From Thauera sp. (lineage in GTDB: Bacteria; Pseudomonadota; Gammaproteobacteria; Burkholderiales; Rhodocyclaceae), in contig JAFLDS010000005.1 of assembly GCA_017302295.1 (NCBI GenBank), forward strand, positions 105,666-169,665: 64,000 bases of DNA, given 5' to 3'. Every line of letters begins with the position of its first letter. The stretch's first letter is position 1. Positions 1 through 9,586 of this stretch are shown in pieces. The translations under genes and the position numbers were made by a program. Under the pieces are notes generated by a model. The model was given only the letters and a program-made list of their open reading frames with translations. It had not been told where the DNA came from and searched no databases.

Positions 1-300
1 CAGATCGACCTCGGCGCCGCCGAGCACCGCCTCGACGTCGGCCAGCAGCGGCGAAGGATCCAGCCCCAGGTGGCGGGCATAGTTGCGCATGAAACCGCGC
101 ACGAAGGCATGGCCAGGCAACAGGTCATAGTGACCTGACTCCAGGGCCTCGAGCTGGCGGGGCGCCAGCTTGAGTACCGAAGACACCTCGCCGATGGTCT
201 CGCCGCGCATCTCGCGCGCGCGGCGCAACTGCGCACCGGCCGATGACCGGCCGGACTCCACGATCGATTCGACCGCTGACTCGGACTGCATGCTGCTCAC
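1..300 (-). CDS. rodZ: RodZ-type cytoskeleton protein, N-terminal HTH (runs off the window)
   Basis: Minus-strand translation (M)[11 protein letters not shown]...GAQLRRAREMRGETIGEVSSVLKLAPRQLEALESGHYDLLPGHAFVRGFMRNYARHLGLD is the RodZ HTH; GTG overlaps the pilW stop (alternative ATG at 291); ndk-rlmN-pilW-rodZ synteny. Confidence 0.9.
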   Translation of the reverse strand, partial: MSSMQSESAVESIVESGRSSAGAQLRRAREMRGETIGEVSSVLKLAPRQLEALESGHYDLLPGHAFVRGFMRNYARHLGLDPSPLLADVEAVLGGAEVDL

Positions 301-1103
301 TCGTACTTACCTTGCAACAACTGTTGGAACTCGGGGGAGTCGGCGAAGCGGCTGCGCAGCTGCGCCTCGTAACTGGCAGCGGCGTCGCGGTTGCCGAGCC
401 TGCGTTCGGTCCGCAAGCCCAGCCACACCGATGCCGCCGAAGGACCGCTTTGCTGGTGCAGCCGAACGAGCCAGGTCCGCGCGGCCTCGTTGCTGCCCCG
501 GCGATAGGCGATGTCCGCGAGCTGGTACAAGGCCTGCGCATTCTGCGGCTCGAGTTCGAGCGCGCGCAGGAATTGCTGCTCGGCAGCGGCGTCGTCGCCG
601 AGTCGGCGATGGCACAGCCCGGCATTCGTCAGTGGCCGCGACGCATAGCGGTAGTAGGGATTGCGCGCAGCCGCCGCGAGCCGCGCCAGGCCTTCCTGCG
701 CCTGCCCCTGGGTGCACAGGAACCAGCCGTAGCTGTTGTTGAAATCCGGATCGCCGGGCGCGGCGCTCAAAGCCTGCTCGAAGCTGCCGCGCGCCGCTGC
801 GACCTCGCCCAGCATCATGTAGACGAGCCCCATCAGGTGATAGGCCGGCGCGTACCCGGAGGCGCTGTCGAGCGCCACGCGCGCCTCGTCGAGCGCCACA
901 TCGAACCGCCCCAGCTCGAAGTAAGCCATGCCGAGATCCACATGGGTGCGCGCACTTGTCTCCGGGCCGGCGGCCGGCGATGCATCCGCCAGCGGGCGCG
1001 CCACCGAGCGCGGCTCGGACCCGGGCGCCCCGGGCACCGTCGCACATCCGCCGGCGAGCGTGATCGCGAGTGTCACCACCAGGGTGCCAGCCTTGCGCAT
1101 CAT
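297..1103 (-). CDS. pilW: Type IV pilus biogenesis/stability TPR lipoprotein PilW/PilF
   Basis: Lipobox LAGGC, TPR repeats, NNSYGWFLC motif, position downstream of rlmN. Confidence 0.92.
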   Translation of the reverse strand: MMRKAGTLVVTLAITLAGGCATVPGAPGSEPRSVARPLADASPAAGPETSARTHVDLGMAYFELGRFDVALDEARVALDSASGYAPAYHLMGLVYMMLGEVAAARGSFEQALSAAPGDPDFNNSYGWFLCTQGQAQEGLARLAAAARNPYYRYASRPLTNAGLCHRRLGDDAAAEQQFLRALELEPQNAQALYQLADIAYRRGSNEAARTWLVRLHQQSGPSAASVWLGLRTERRLGNRDAAASYEAQLRSRFADSPEFQQLLQGKYE

Positions 1104-2236
1104 GAACGAATCTCCCTTTCCTGCTTCAGGCGCACCGTGCGCCGCGTCTTGTCCTGGACCTGGCCCGCGAGCTGGCCGCAGGCCGCATCGACGTCGTCGC
1201 CGCGCGTCTTGCGCGTGGTGGTGACGATGCCAGCGTCAATCAGGATACTGGCAAACCGCCTGATCCGCTCCGCCGGCGAGCGCAGGAAGCCGGAATCGGG
1301 GAAGGGATTGAACGGGATCAGGTTGAACTTGCACGGCACGTCGCGCACCAGCGCGACGAGTTCGCGCGCGTGGGTGTCGCTGTCGTTCACGCCATCGAGC
1401 ATGACGTACTCGAAAGTGACGAAATCGCGCGGCGCGCGCTCGAGGTAGCGCTGGCAGGCGGCCATCAGCTCGCGCAGCGGATATTTCTGGTTGATCGGCA
1501 CCAGGCGGTCGCGCAGCGCGTCGTTCGACGCATGCAAGGACACCGCCAGCGCCACCGGGCATTCGTCGCGCAGGCGGTCCATTGCCGGCACGATGCCCGA
1601 GGTCGACACCGTCACCCGGCGGCGCGACAGGCCATAGGCGTGGTCGTCGAGCATCAGCCGCAGCGCGGTGACGACGTTGTCGAAGTTCGCCAGCGGCTCG
1701 CCCATGCCCATCATCACCACGTTGCTGATGATGCGGCCGTTGTCCCTCTCGCCCGCCTCGAGGTCGGCCGCCTGATCACGTGCGGCGCCGAGCAGATTGT
1801 TCGCCAGCCACAGCTGACCGATGATCTCGGCCGCCGACAGGTTGCGATTGAAGCCCTGCTTGCCGGTCGAACAGAACGCGCAATCGAGTGCGCACCCGGC
1901 CTGCGAGGACACGCACAGCGTGCCGCGGTTGGTTTCAGGGATGAACACGGTTTCGACCGCGTTGGCGTTGCCCACGTCGAGCAACCACTTGCGCGTGCCG
2001 TCGGCGGAAATCGAGTCGCGCACCGGCACCGGAGGACGGACCACCGCGATCTCCTTCAGCTTCGCGCGCAGCGACTTGGCGACGTCGGTCATCGCGTCGA
2101 AGTCGGCACAGCCTTCGTGATGCATCCAGCGCATCACCTGGCGCGCGCGAAACGGCTTCTCGCCCAGCCCGGCAAACCAGGCGACGAGACCGTCGACGTC
2201 GAAATCGAGCAGATTGACCGGATTGGATGTGCTCAT
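1100..2236 (-). CDS. rlmN: Dual-specificity 23S rRNA/tRNA m2A methyltransferase (radical SAM)
   Basis: [15 protein letters not shown] radical SAM motif, [16 protein letters not shown]; start set at the second Met ([12 protein letters not shown]). Confidence 0.97.
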   Translation of the reverse strand: MSTSNPVNLLDFDVDGLVAWFAGLGEKPFRARQVMRWMHHEGCADFDAMTDVAKSLRAKLKEIAVVRPPVPVRDSISADGTRKWLLDVGNANAVETVFIPETNRGTLCVSSQAGCALDCAFCSTGKQGFNRNLSAAEIIGQLWLANNLLGAARDQAADLEAGERDNGRIISNVVMMGMGEPLANFDNVVTALRLMLDDHAYGLSRRRVTVSTSGIVPAMDRLRDECPVALAVSLHASNDALRDRLVPINQKYPLRELMAACQRYLERAPRDFVTFEYVMLDGVNDSDTHARELVALVRDVPCKFNLIPFNPFPDSGFLRSPAERIRRFASILIDAGIVTTTRKTRGDDVDAACGQLAGQVQDKTRRTVRLKQEREIRS

Positions 2237-2350
2237 GCCTGAAACTTCAATGCCTGGAACGGCAGATTCTGAATGCAAACGGCCCGTACGCGCCGCCCGC
2301 GGCGCCTGGGCACCGCGAGACGCACGCGACGGGCCGCCCGAATTGACCGT

Positions 2351-2776
2351 TCAGCGCGAATAAACGTTCATGCCCGGGAAGAAGAAAGCCACTTCCACGG
2401 CGGCCGTTTCCGGCGCATCGGAGCCATGCACCGCGTTGGCGTCGATGCTGTCGGCGAAGTCGGCGCGGATGGTGCCCTTGTCGGCCTTCTTCGGGTCGGT
2501 GGCGCCCATCAGCTCGCGGTTCTTGGCGATGGCGTTCTCACCCTCGAGGCACTGGATCATCACCGGGCCGGAGGTCATGAACGACACCAGGTCCTTGTAG
2601 AACGGACGCTCCTTGTGCACCGCGTAGAACTGGCCGGCTTCCTGCTCGGACAGATGCACCATCTTGGCGGCGATGACCTTCAGGCCAGCGCCTTCAAAGC
2701 GCGAGTAGATCTGGCCGATCACGTTCTTGGCGACGGCGTCGGGCTTGATGATGGACAGGGTGCGTTCGATGGCCAT
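2351..2776 (-). CDS. ndk: Nucleoside diphosphate kinase
   Basis: [22 protein letters not shown] active-site His. Confidence 0.98.
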   Translation of the reverse strand: MAIERTLSIIKPDAVAKNVIGQIYSRFEGAGLKVIAAKMVHLSEQEAGQFYAVHKERPFYKDLVSFMTSGPVMIQCLEGENAIAKNRELMGATDPKKADKGTIRADFADSIDANAVHGSDAPETAAVEVAFFFPGMNVYSR

Positions 2777-2883
2777 GGAAAAACTCCGGACAGGGTTTGG
2801 GAAAACGTTGGATTTTAACAGGTTTTAGCGTCGGCCCGTTGACGCGACGGTGACCGTCATGCGCTGCGACAGGCCCGCGCCCG

Positions 2884-3537
2884 TCAGGCCCGGGCGCGCC
2901 CCGCCTCCGCGCGATGGCGAAGCCAGCCAATGAACAGCGGCATCATGGACAGAACGATGATGCCCAGGATCACCAGGCTCAGATTGTTCTTGACGATGGG
3001 CAGATTGCCGAACCAGTACCCCGCCATGATCAGCGGCCCTACCCACAGCGCGCCGCCCAGCACATTGAATGACAGGAAGCGGCGGTAATCCATCGTCGCC
3101 ATGCCGGCGACGAAGGGCGCGAAGGTGCGGATGATGGGCATGAAGCGCGCGATGATGATCGTCTTGCCGCCATGGCGCTCATAGAACTCGTGCGTCTTCT
3201 CGAGAGCACGGCGGTTGAAGAAGCGGCTGTCGGGCCACTGCGAGATTCGCCCGCCGAAGCGCCGGCCGATGGCGTAATTCACCGAGTCGCCAAGCACCGC
3301 AGCGACGAACAGCACGCCGATCAGGATCGCCGGGTCCATGCCGCCGCCGGCGGCAAGCGCACCGGCGACGAACAGCAGCGAGTCGCCGGGCAGGAAGGGC
3401 GTGACGACGAGACCGGTCTCGCAGAACACGATCAGGAACAGGATGGCGTAGATCCAGGCGCCGTAGGCGGCAAGGAGTTCGGCCAGATGGCGGTCGACAT
3501 GCAGGACGAGGTCGATCAGAAAGGCAATGTATTCCAT
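2884..3537 (-). CDS. dedA: DedA family membrane protein
   Basis: FCETGLVVTPFLPGDSLLF and ARFMPIIRTFAPFVAG motifs. Confidence 0.93.
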   Translation of the reverse strand: MEYIAFLIDLVLHVDRHLAELLAAYGAWIYAILFLIVFCETGLVVTPFLPGDSLLFVAGALAAGGGMDPAILIGVLFVAAVLGDSVNYAIGRRFGGRISQWPDSRFFNRRALEKTHEFYERHGGKTIIIARFMPIIRTFAPFVAGMATMDYRRFLSFNVLGGALWVGPLIMAGYWFGNLPIVKNNLSLVILGIIVLSMMPLFIGWLRHRAEAGRARA

Positions 3538-3631
3538 GAAGCATCCGAAGCGGGAAGTCGCGCGATTCTACCCGACGTGCTGCGCCGCCGCAGGACGGGA
3601 TACACGATGAAACACGGCGCCCCGCCCCTTC

Positions 3632-3664
3632 GGAAAGCGAAACCCGGCTCGGGGCCGGGCTTCG
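3632..3664 (-). terminator. Probable intrinsic terminator after dctM
   Basis: CGAA-A-CCCGGC/GCCGGG-C-TTCG stem; TTTCGCTTTC follows on the minus strand. Confidence 0.6.
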
Positions 3665-3690
3665 TCAGACAGCGCAAGGGATGCGCGCTC

Positions 3691-4974
3691 CTACATCATG
3701 CCCAGCGTGCGCGGCAGCCACAGCGAGATCGTGGGCACATAGGTGACCAGCACGAGGAACACCAGCATCGAAACCAGCCACGGCCACACTGCCACCGTGA
3801 GCTCGGTGATGCCCATCTTGGTGATGCCGCTCGCCACGTATAGGTTCAGGCCCACTGGCGGATGGCACATGCCCACTTCCATGTTCACCACCATGATGAT
3901 GCCGAAATGCACCGGATCGATGCCGAGCTTGATCGCGATCGGGAACAGGATCGGCGCCAGGATCAGCACGATGGACGACGGCTCCATGAAGTTGCCCGCG
4001 ATCAACATCAGGATGTTGGCCATGATCAGGAAACCGATCACGCCCACGCCGGTGCCGATCATGAAGTCCGCCATCTGCTGCGGGATGTTCTCGTGCGTCA
4101 GCAGGAAGGAGAACAGCACCGCGTTGGTGATGATGTAGAGCAGCATCGCACTCATGTTCGCCGAGTTCAGCAGTACCTTGGGCACGTCCCTCAGGCTCAG
4201 GTCTCTATAAACGAACACCGCGACGAAGAACGCATACACCGCACTCATCGCCGCCGCCTCGGTCGGCGTGAAGATGCCGGTGTAGATGCCGCCCATCACC
4301 ACCACGATCAGGAACAGCCCCCAGGCCGAGTCCTTGAACGCCTTGGCGCGCTGCACCCAGCTCGCCTTCGGCAGGCGCGGGTAGTTGAACTTGCGCGCAC
4401 GGTTCCAGGTGGTGAAGCCGAGGAACAACGCCAGCAGGATGCCCGGCACCACGCCGGCCATGAACAGGGCACCGACCGAGGTGTTGGTCGACACCGAGTA
4501 CATCACCATCACGATCGACGGCGGAATCAGGATGCCGAGCGCGCCCGAGGTGGTGATGACGCCCGCGCCGAACCTGTTCGGGAAGCCCTGCTTCACCATC
4601 GCCGGCAGCAGGATCGCCCCGATCGCCACCACCGTGGCCGGGCTCGACCCGGACACCGCGGCGAACAGCGCGCAGGCAAGCACCCCGCCCAGGCCGAGGC
4701 CGCCATGCCAGTGCCCGACCATGGCGGTGGCGAAGTTGATCATGCGCCGCGCCACGCCGCCGTGGGTGAGGAAGTTGCCCGCCAGGATGAAGAACGGTAT
4801 CGCCATGATCTCGAACTTCTCGATGCCGGTGAACAGCTTCAGCGCGACGGACTCGATCGGCACCTGCGTCATTGTGAACAGGAAGGTCAGCACGGTGAGG
4901 CCGAGCGAGATCGAGATCGGCATGCCGGTGAGCATCAGCACCAGCAGCAGGACGAAAATGATGGCGGCGCTCAT
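3691..4974 (-). CDS. dctM: TRAP transporter large permease subunit
   Basis: LMLTGMPISISLG, AIPFFILAGNFL, SGSSPATVVAIG, GALGILIPPSIVMVMY, CHPPVGLNLYV. Confidence 0.96.
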   Translation of the reverse strand: MSAAIIFVLLLVLMLTGMPISISLGLTVLTFLFTMTQVPIESVALKLFTGIEKFEIMAIPFFILAGNFLTHGGVARRMINFATAMVGHWHGGLGLGGVLACALFAAVSGSSPATVVAIGAILLPAMVKQGFPNRFGAGVITTSGALGILIPPSIVMVMYSVSTNTSVGALFMAGVVPGILLALFLGFTTWNRARKFNYPRLPKASWVQRAKAFKDSAWGLFLIVVVMGGIYTGIFTPTEAAAMSAVYAFFVAVFVYRDLSLRDVPKVLLNSANMSAMLLYIITNAVLFSFLLTHENIPQQMADFMIGTGVGVIGFLIMANILMLIAGNFMEPSSIVLILAPILFPIAIKLGIDPVHFGIIMVVNMEVGMCHPPVGLNLYVASGITKMGITELTVAVWPWLVSMLVFLVLVTYVPTISLWLPRTLGMM

Positions 4975-5675
4975 TTGCGATCTCCTTCGCGGTCGTCACC
5001 GCCCTCGCCCATCTGCGGGTGCCTGAGGTCGTGCGGGTGCAGGTTGTCGCCCATGTCGTAGGGGTTGGCGTCGACCGGCAGGTGCTCTTCGTCGATGCCA
5101 TCGACGTGACCGTGGTCGTGGTGCGGCAGCTCGCCGGTGCGGATGAAGGCGGTCATCACCTGCAGGAAGCGGAAGCACATCAGGTAGGAGCCGAAAGGGA
5201 TCGCGGCGTACACCATCCAGGTCGGCCACTCGAGGTCGGGCGTGGTCGGGCCTTCGTACAGCTCGCCGGTGTCCATGCCGAGCCAGGTCAGGATCTGGTA
5301 GTGCGCGCCATTCTCGAGCACGAAGGTCGCACCGAGCGTGCCGACGATGCCGGTGAACAGCGCGCCCGCAGCCAGGCCGATGACGATGAATCTCGAACGA
5401 TTGGCATCCGACAGGCGGTTGATCAGCACGTCGACACCGACGTGGATGCCGGTGCGCACGCCGTAGGCGGCGCCGAACTTGGCCATCCAGACGAACATGA
5501 TGATGGTCAGCTCCTGCGCCCAGCCCAGATTCAGGCCCAGCAGCCAGTCCTGGACGCCCGGAATGTCCAGCCCGGAGCCATAGCGGTGCACGACCGAGGC
5601 GAAGATGATCAGCGTCGCCGCCCCCATGAGGAAGGTGATGAGCCATTCCTCGAGGTGATCGAGAACTTTCAGCAT
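4971..5675 (-). CDS. dctQ: TRAP transporter small permease subunit with His/acidic C-terminal tail
   Basis: WAQELTIIMFVWMAKFGAAYGVRTGIHVGVD; lies between dctP and dctM. Confidence 0.93.
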   Translation of the reverse strand: MLKVLDHLEEWLITFLMGAATLIIFASVVHRYGSGLDIPGVQDWLLGLNLGWAQELTIIMFVWMAKFGAAYGVRTGIHVGVDVLINRLSDANRSRFIVIGLAAGALFTGIVGTLGATFVLENGAHYQILTWLGMDTGELYEGPTTPDLEWPTWMVYAAIPFGSYLMCFRFLQVMTAFIRTGELPHHDHGHVDGIDEEHLPVDANPYDMGDNLHPHDLRHPQMGEGGDDREGDRK

Positions 5676-5689
5676 GAAAGCCTCCTGCG

Positions 5690-5730
5690 AAGAAAGAACG
5701 CCCGCGGGCGCGATTGCGAGTTGCGGGCGT
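5690..5730 (-). terminator. Intercistronic stem-loop between dctP and dctQ (partial terminator or mRNA stabiliser)
   Basis: ACGCCCGC (5698-5705) / GCGGGCGT (5723-5730); TCTTTCTTC follows on the minus strand. Confidence 0.5.
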
Positions 5731-5751
5731 CGGATGGAAACGAAGCGTGGA

Positions 5752-6756
5752 TTACAGCTTGTTCGGATCGAAACCGGTTTCCTTGTAAATGGACTGGATC
5801 AGCTCGGCGCCGATGCGCGACTCCATCTTCTTGTGCACCGGCACCAGCGCCTTCTTGAACGCCAGCCGCTCGGCATCGGTCAGCTTCGCGATCTGGGTCT
5901 TGCCCGACGCACGCACGGCCTCCAGCGACTTGTCGTTCTCTTCCTTGGCGATCTTGTTCGCGTACTCGGTGGACTCCACCATCGCCTTGTCGAGCTGCGT
6001 GCGAACGTTGGCCGGCAGCCCATCCCAGAACTTCTTGTTGGTGATCACCGCGTAGCCCAGATAGCCGTGGTCGGTCAGCGCCAGGTACTTCTGCACCTCA
6101 TGCATCTTCTGCGTGTAGAGGTTGGAGATCGGGTTCTCGGTGCCATCCACCACGCCCGTCTGCAGCGCCTGGTACACCTCGGAGAAGGCCATCACCTGCG
6201 GCAACGCCTTCAGCTCGCGCATCTGCTCCTCGAGCACCTTGGACGACTGGATGCGCATTTTCTTGCCCTTCAGATCCTCGGGCGTCTTGATCGGGGTGTT
6301 GGCGGAGAAGGACTTGAAGCCATTGTCCCAGTAGGCAAGTCCCTTGATGCCCTTGCCTTCGAGCTTGGTGAATAGCTGCTTGCCCACCGCGCCGTAGGTC
6401 ACCTTGTGCAGGTCGTCGTAGCCATCGAAGATGTAGGGCAGGTCGAAGACCTCGAATTCCTTCACGCCCAGCGGGCCGAATTTGGCCAGCGACGGCGCCA
6501 GGAGCTGGACGGCGCCGAGCTGCAGCGCCTCCATTTCCTCCTTGTCCTTGTACAGGGTGCTGTTCGGATAGACCTCGACCTTCACTGCGCCAGCGGTGTA
6601 TTTTTCCGCCAGCTCCTTGAATTTCTCAGCGCCCTTGCCCTTGGGCGTATCGTTGGCGACGACGTGGCTGAACTTGATCACGATCGGCTCGGCAGCGACC
6701 GCGGCAGCGGAAAGACCGACGGCGACCAGACCAACCAGCAGTGCGCGAATTTTCAT
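5752..6756 (-). CDS. dctP: TRAP C4-dicarboxylate-binding periplasmic protein
   Basis: Signal peptide MKIRALLVGLVAVGLSAAAVA, IKFSHVVANDTPKG, GKKMRIQSS, FSEVYQALQTGVVDGTENP; GGAG SD upstream of ATG 6756. Confidence 0.95.
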   Translation of the reverse strand: MKIRALLVGLVAVGLSAAAVAAEPIVIKFSHVVANDTPKGKGAEKFKELAEKYTAGAVKVEVYPNSTLYKDKEEMEALQLGAVQLLAPSLAKFGPLGVKEFEVFDLPYIFDGYDDLHKVTYGAVGKQLFTKLEGKGIKGLAYWDNGFKSFSANTPIKTPEDLKGKKMRIQSSKVLEEQMRELKALPQVMAFSEVYQALQTGVVDGTENPISNLYTQKMHEVQKYLALTDHGYLGYAVITNKKFWDGLPANVRTQLDKAMVESTEYANKIAKEENDKSLEAVRASGKTQIAKLTDAERLAFKKALVPVHKKMESRIGAELIQSIYKETGFDPNKL

Positions 6757-6980
6757 GACTCCATCTCCTCCGGGTGAATATCTTTGCGCATCGATAATGT
6801 CCGGCCGGGCATCTGCCTGATGGCTGCTGCGCGACCGGCGGTCCGGAACGGGTGCCCCTTCATCCCGGGATGGGCGCAGTATGTTCAAACCGTCATCGGC
6901 GCCGCTATTGTGGAAGTCCGCAAACGCTCGCTCGGCGAGCGCAACGACGGAGTCGCGTCCGGACCGGGAGCGAGCTTGTG

Positions 6981-8954
6981 ATGACGCCCGCAAATGATGT
7001 TTCGACCTGGCCCACGCGCACGCGCTGGCTGGGGCGATTGCCCTACGTCGCCCTGGCCCTGTTCCTCGGCGCGATCGCCGTGCTTGTCTGGCTGACGCGT
7101 CAGTATGACGCCGACGAGCAGCAGGCCTCGCTCGTCACCGACGTGCTGTGGATGGAACAGAACCTGCGCTTCCAGCTCGATCGCAACGAGGCCAGCCTGC
7201 AGCAGATCGGCCCGGAATTGCTCGCGGCCTCCACACTCTCACCGCAAACCGAGGCGCAGCTTCGCCATCTGCTGGGGGCCGAGCGCGGCCTGGTGCAGAT
7301 CCGCTGGCGGACGCCTGCACAGGACATTACCGGCGCCATGCCCCCTCACACGGAGAGCAGCGCAGACGCGGCCGCCTCCGGCGAGGCGTCCCAGCTGCGC
7401 TCGGCGCTGGCGATGAGCGGCGACCGGGCGGTCTACGGCGCGCCGTACGCCTCCACCGGCGGCGATCAACGCTTCGAGGTTCACGTCCCGGTCTGGACCG
7501 ACAAGGGTCTGCGCGGCGTGATCGTCGGCGTCTATTCCCTGTCGGATCTCGTCGTGCGCGAGCTACCCTGGTGGTTCGCGGAGCGCTACCGCGTGGCGGT
7601 GCTCGACACAGACGGCCGCGAGATCGCCGCCCGATCCAAGATCGCGCCCCTCGCGGCGCAGCACAGCTACACCACGCCGCTCGATCCACCCGGACACGGT
7701 CTGACCCTGCAGATCACCGCCTACAAGGCGGAAACGCGCTGGGTGGCGGTGCTGCTTGGCGGCTCGATCGTGCTGTTCGGCGCGGTCATCGTCTGGAGCG
7801 TGTGGCAGCTGCGCCGCGAACTCGGCCGGCGCCAGGCCGCCGAAGCCGCGCTGCGCGAAGAATCGGCCTACCGCAAGGCGATGGAAGACTCGATGATCAC
7901 CGGCATGCGCGCACGCGACCGCGAAGGCCGCCTGACCTATGTGAATGCGGCCTTTTGTCAGATGACGGGCTACGACGCGGATGAGCTGCTCGGGCACAAG
8001 GCCCCCATGCCCTACTGGGACCCGGATCACTTCGAGCAGACGCTGGCCCTGCACAAGCAGATTCTCGCCGCTGGCTCGGCGCCCGGCGGAACCGAGGTCC
8101 AATTGCGGCGCAAGAACGGCGAGGTGCTCGACGTGCTGGTGTTCGAGGCGCCGCTGATCGACGCCCAGGGCCGCCACACCGGCTGGATGGGCTCGGTGCT
8201 CGACATCACCGAGCGCAAGCGCGCACGCGAACTCGCGCGGCAGCAGGAAGAGCGCCTGCAAGCCACCTCGCGCCTGGTGACGATGGGCGAGATGGCCTCC
8301 ACGCTGGCTCACGAGCTGAATCAGCCGCTGGCCGCCATCGCCACCTACAACAGCGGCTGCATCAACCGCCTCCGGTCGCCAGACGCGGACCGCGAGGAGT
8401 TGATCGCGATTCACGACAAGATCGGCCGCCAGGCCTACCGCGCGGGGGAGATCATCCGCCGGGTGCATGATTTCGTGCGCCGTGCCGAGCCGAAGCGCGA
8501 GCGGCTCGACCTCAACGCGATCATCCGCGATGCCGTCGGGCTGCTGGAAGCCGATGTGCGCAAGCGCGGCATGCAGCTGGTGACCGAACTCCAGCCCGCA
8601 CTGCCGCGGGTCGACGCCGACGCGGTGATGATCGAGCAGGTCGTGGTGAATCTGGTGCGCAATGGCATGGATGCGATGCAGGAAACGCCGGCCGATGCGC
8701 GCACCGTCCGCATCCGCACCGCCACCGAAGGCAGCCACGTGACGATACGTGTCTCCGACCGCGGCGCGGGCATTCCGCCGGACGCGGCCGCACGGCTGTT
8801 CCAGCCCTTCTACACGACAAAGGCCGAAGGCATGGGAATGGGCCTCAACATCTGCCGCTCGATCGCCGAACTGCACCATGGTCGCCTGAGCTTCGAGCCC
8901 AATCCGGAAGGCGGTACCATCTTCACCCTAACGCTTCCGGCAGAACACGCATGA
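6981..8954 (+). CDS. dctS: PAS-domain sensor histidine kinase, DctS/FixL-like
   Basis: Two TM segments, PAS domain, LAHELNQPL H-box, N-box NLVRNGMDAM, G-box GMGMGLNICRSI; divergent from dctPQM. Confidence 0.8.
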   Translation: MTPANDVSTWPTRTRWLGRLPYVALALFLGAIAVLVWLTRQYDADEQQASLVTDVLWMEQNLRFQLDRNEASLQQIGPELLAASTLSPQTEAQLRHLLGAERGLVQIRWRTPAQDITGAMPPHTESSADAAASGEASQLRSALAMSGDRAVYGAPYASTGGDQRFEVHVPVWTDKGLRGVIVGVYSLSDLVVRELPWWFAERYRVAVLDTDGREIAARSKIAPLAAQHSYTTPLDPPGHGLTLQITAYKAETRWVAVLLGGSIVLFGAVIVWSVWQLRRELGRRQAAEAALREESAYRKAMEDSMITGMRARDREGRLTYVNAAFCQMTGYDADELLGHKAPMPYWDPDHFEQTLALHKQILAAGSAPGGTEVQLRRKNGEVLDVLVFEAPLIDAQGRHTGWMGSVLDITERKRARELARQQEERLQATSRLVTMGEMASTLAHELNQPLAAIATYNSGCINRLRSPDADREELIAIHDKIGRQAYRAGEIIRRVHDFVRRAEPKRERLDLNAIIRDAVGLLEADVRKRGMQLVTELQPALPRVDADAVMIEQVVVNLVRNGMDAMQETPADARTVRIRTATEGSHVTIRVSDRGAGIPPDAAARLFQPFYTTKAEGMGMGLNICRSIAELHHGRLSFEPNPEGGTIFTLTLPAEHA

Positions 8955-9556
8955 ACCCAGCCTGCGCCCACATCATCGACGACGACGAGGCCATCCGCGA
9001 CGCGCTACAGTGGCTGCTGAAGACGCGCAACGTGCCCTGCCGCGAGTGGTCGAGCGGCGAAGACTTCCTCGCCGCCTGGCAGGAAGACTGGCGCGGCTGC
9101 ATCGTGCTCGACATCCGCATGGCGGGCATGAGCGGACTCGAATGCTTCGACGCGCTGAACGCGCGCGGCTGCGCGCTGCCGGTGGTCTTCATCACCGGCC
9201 ACGGCGATGTGCCGATGGCGGTCTCGGCCCTGAAGAAGGGCGCCTTCGACTTTCTCGAAAAACCCTTCAACGACCTCGACCTCGTCGACCGGGTGGAAAA
9301 AGCCATCGCCTTCGATGCCGACCGCCAACGCGCGGCCGCCGACCGCGACACGATCGAGGCCCGGCTGGCGACCCTGACCGCGCGCGAACGCGAGGTCATG
9401 GAGCTGATCCTGGAGGGGCACTACAACAAGGTCATCGCCGACAGGCTGTCGATTTCTATGCGCACCGTGGAAGCGCACCGATCGAAGATCTTCGAGAAGA
9501 TGCGGGTGCGATCCGCCGTGGAACTCGCGCAGCAGCTCACCCTGCTGCGCGGCTGA
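8951..9556 (+). CDS. dctR: LuxR/FixJ-family response regulator, DctR-like
   Basis: IIDDDEAIRDAL, LDIRMAGMSG, TGHGDVPMAV, C-terminal LuxR HTH; ATGA overlap with the kinase. Confidence 0.85.
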   Translation: MNPACAHIIDDDEAIRDALQWLLKTRNVPCREWSSGEDFLAAWQEDWRGCIVLDIRMAGMSGLECFDALNARGCALPVVFITGHGDVPMAVSALKKGAFDFLEKPFNDLDLVDRVEKAIAFDADRQRAAADRDTIEARLATLTAREREVMELILEGHYNKVIADRLSISMRTVEAHRSKIFEKMRVRSAVELAQQLTLLRG

Positions 9557-9586
9557 AGCAGCGACGCGCAGCTACTTGCCAGCGCG

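Noticed and set aside
5752-6993. Longer upstream starts in the ORF track (dctP 6993, accA 12104, mrpAB 13320, queA 21949, ftsA 39102, murG 43231, ftsI 51366 and others)
   Set aside because: The extensions overlap neighbouring genes or promoters; family N-termini and SD sites support the shorter starts
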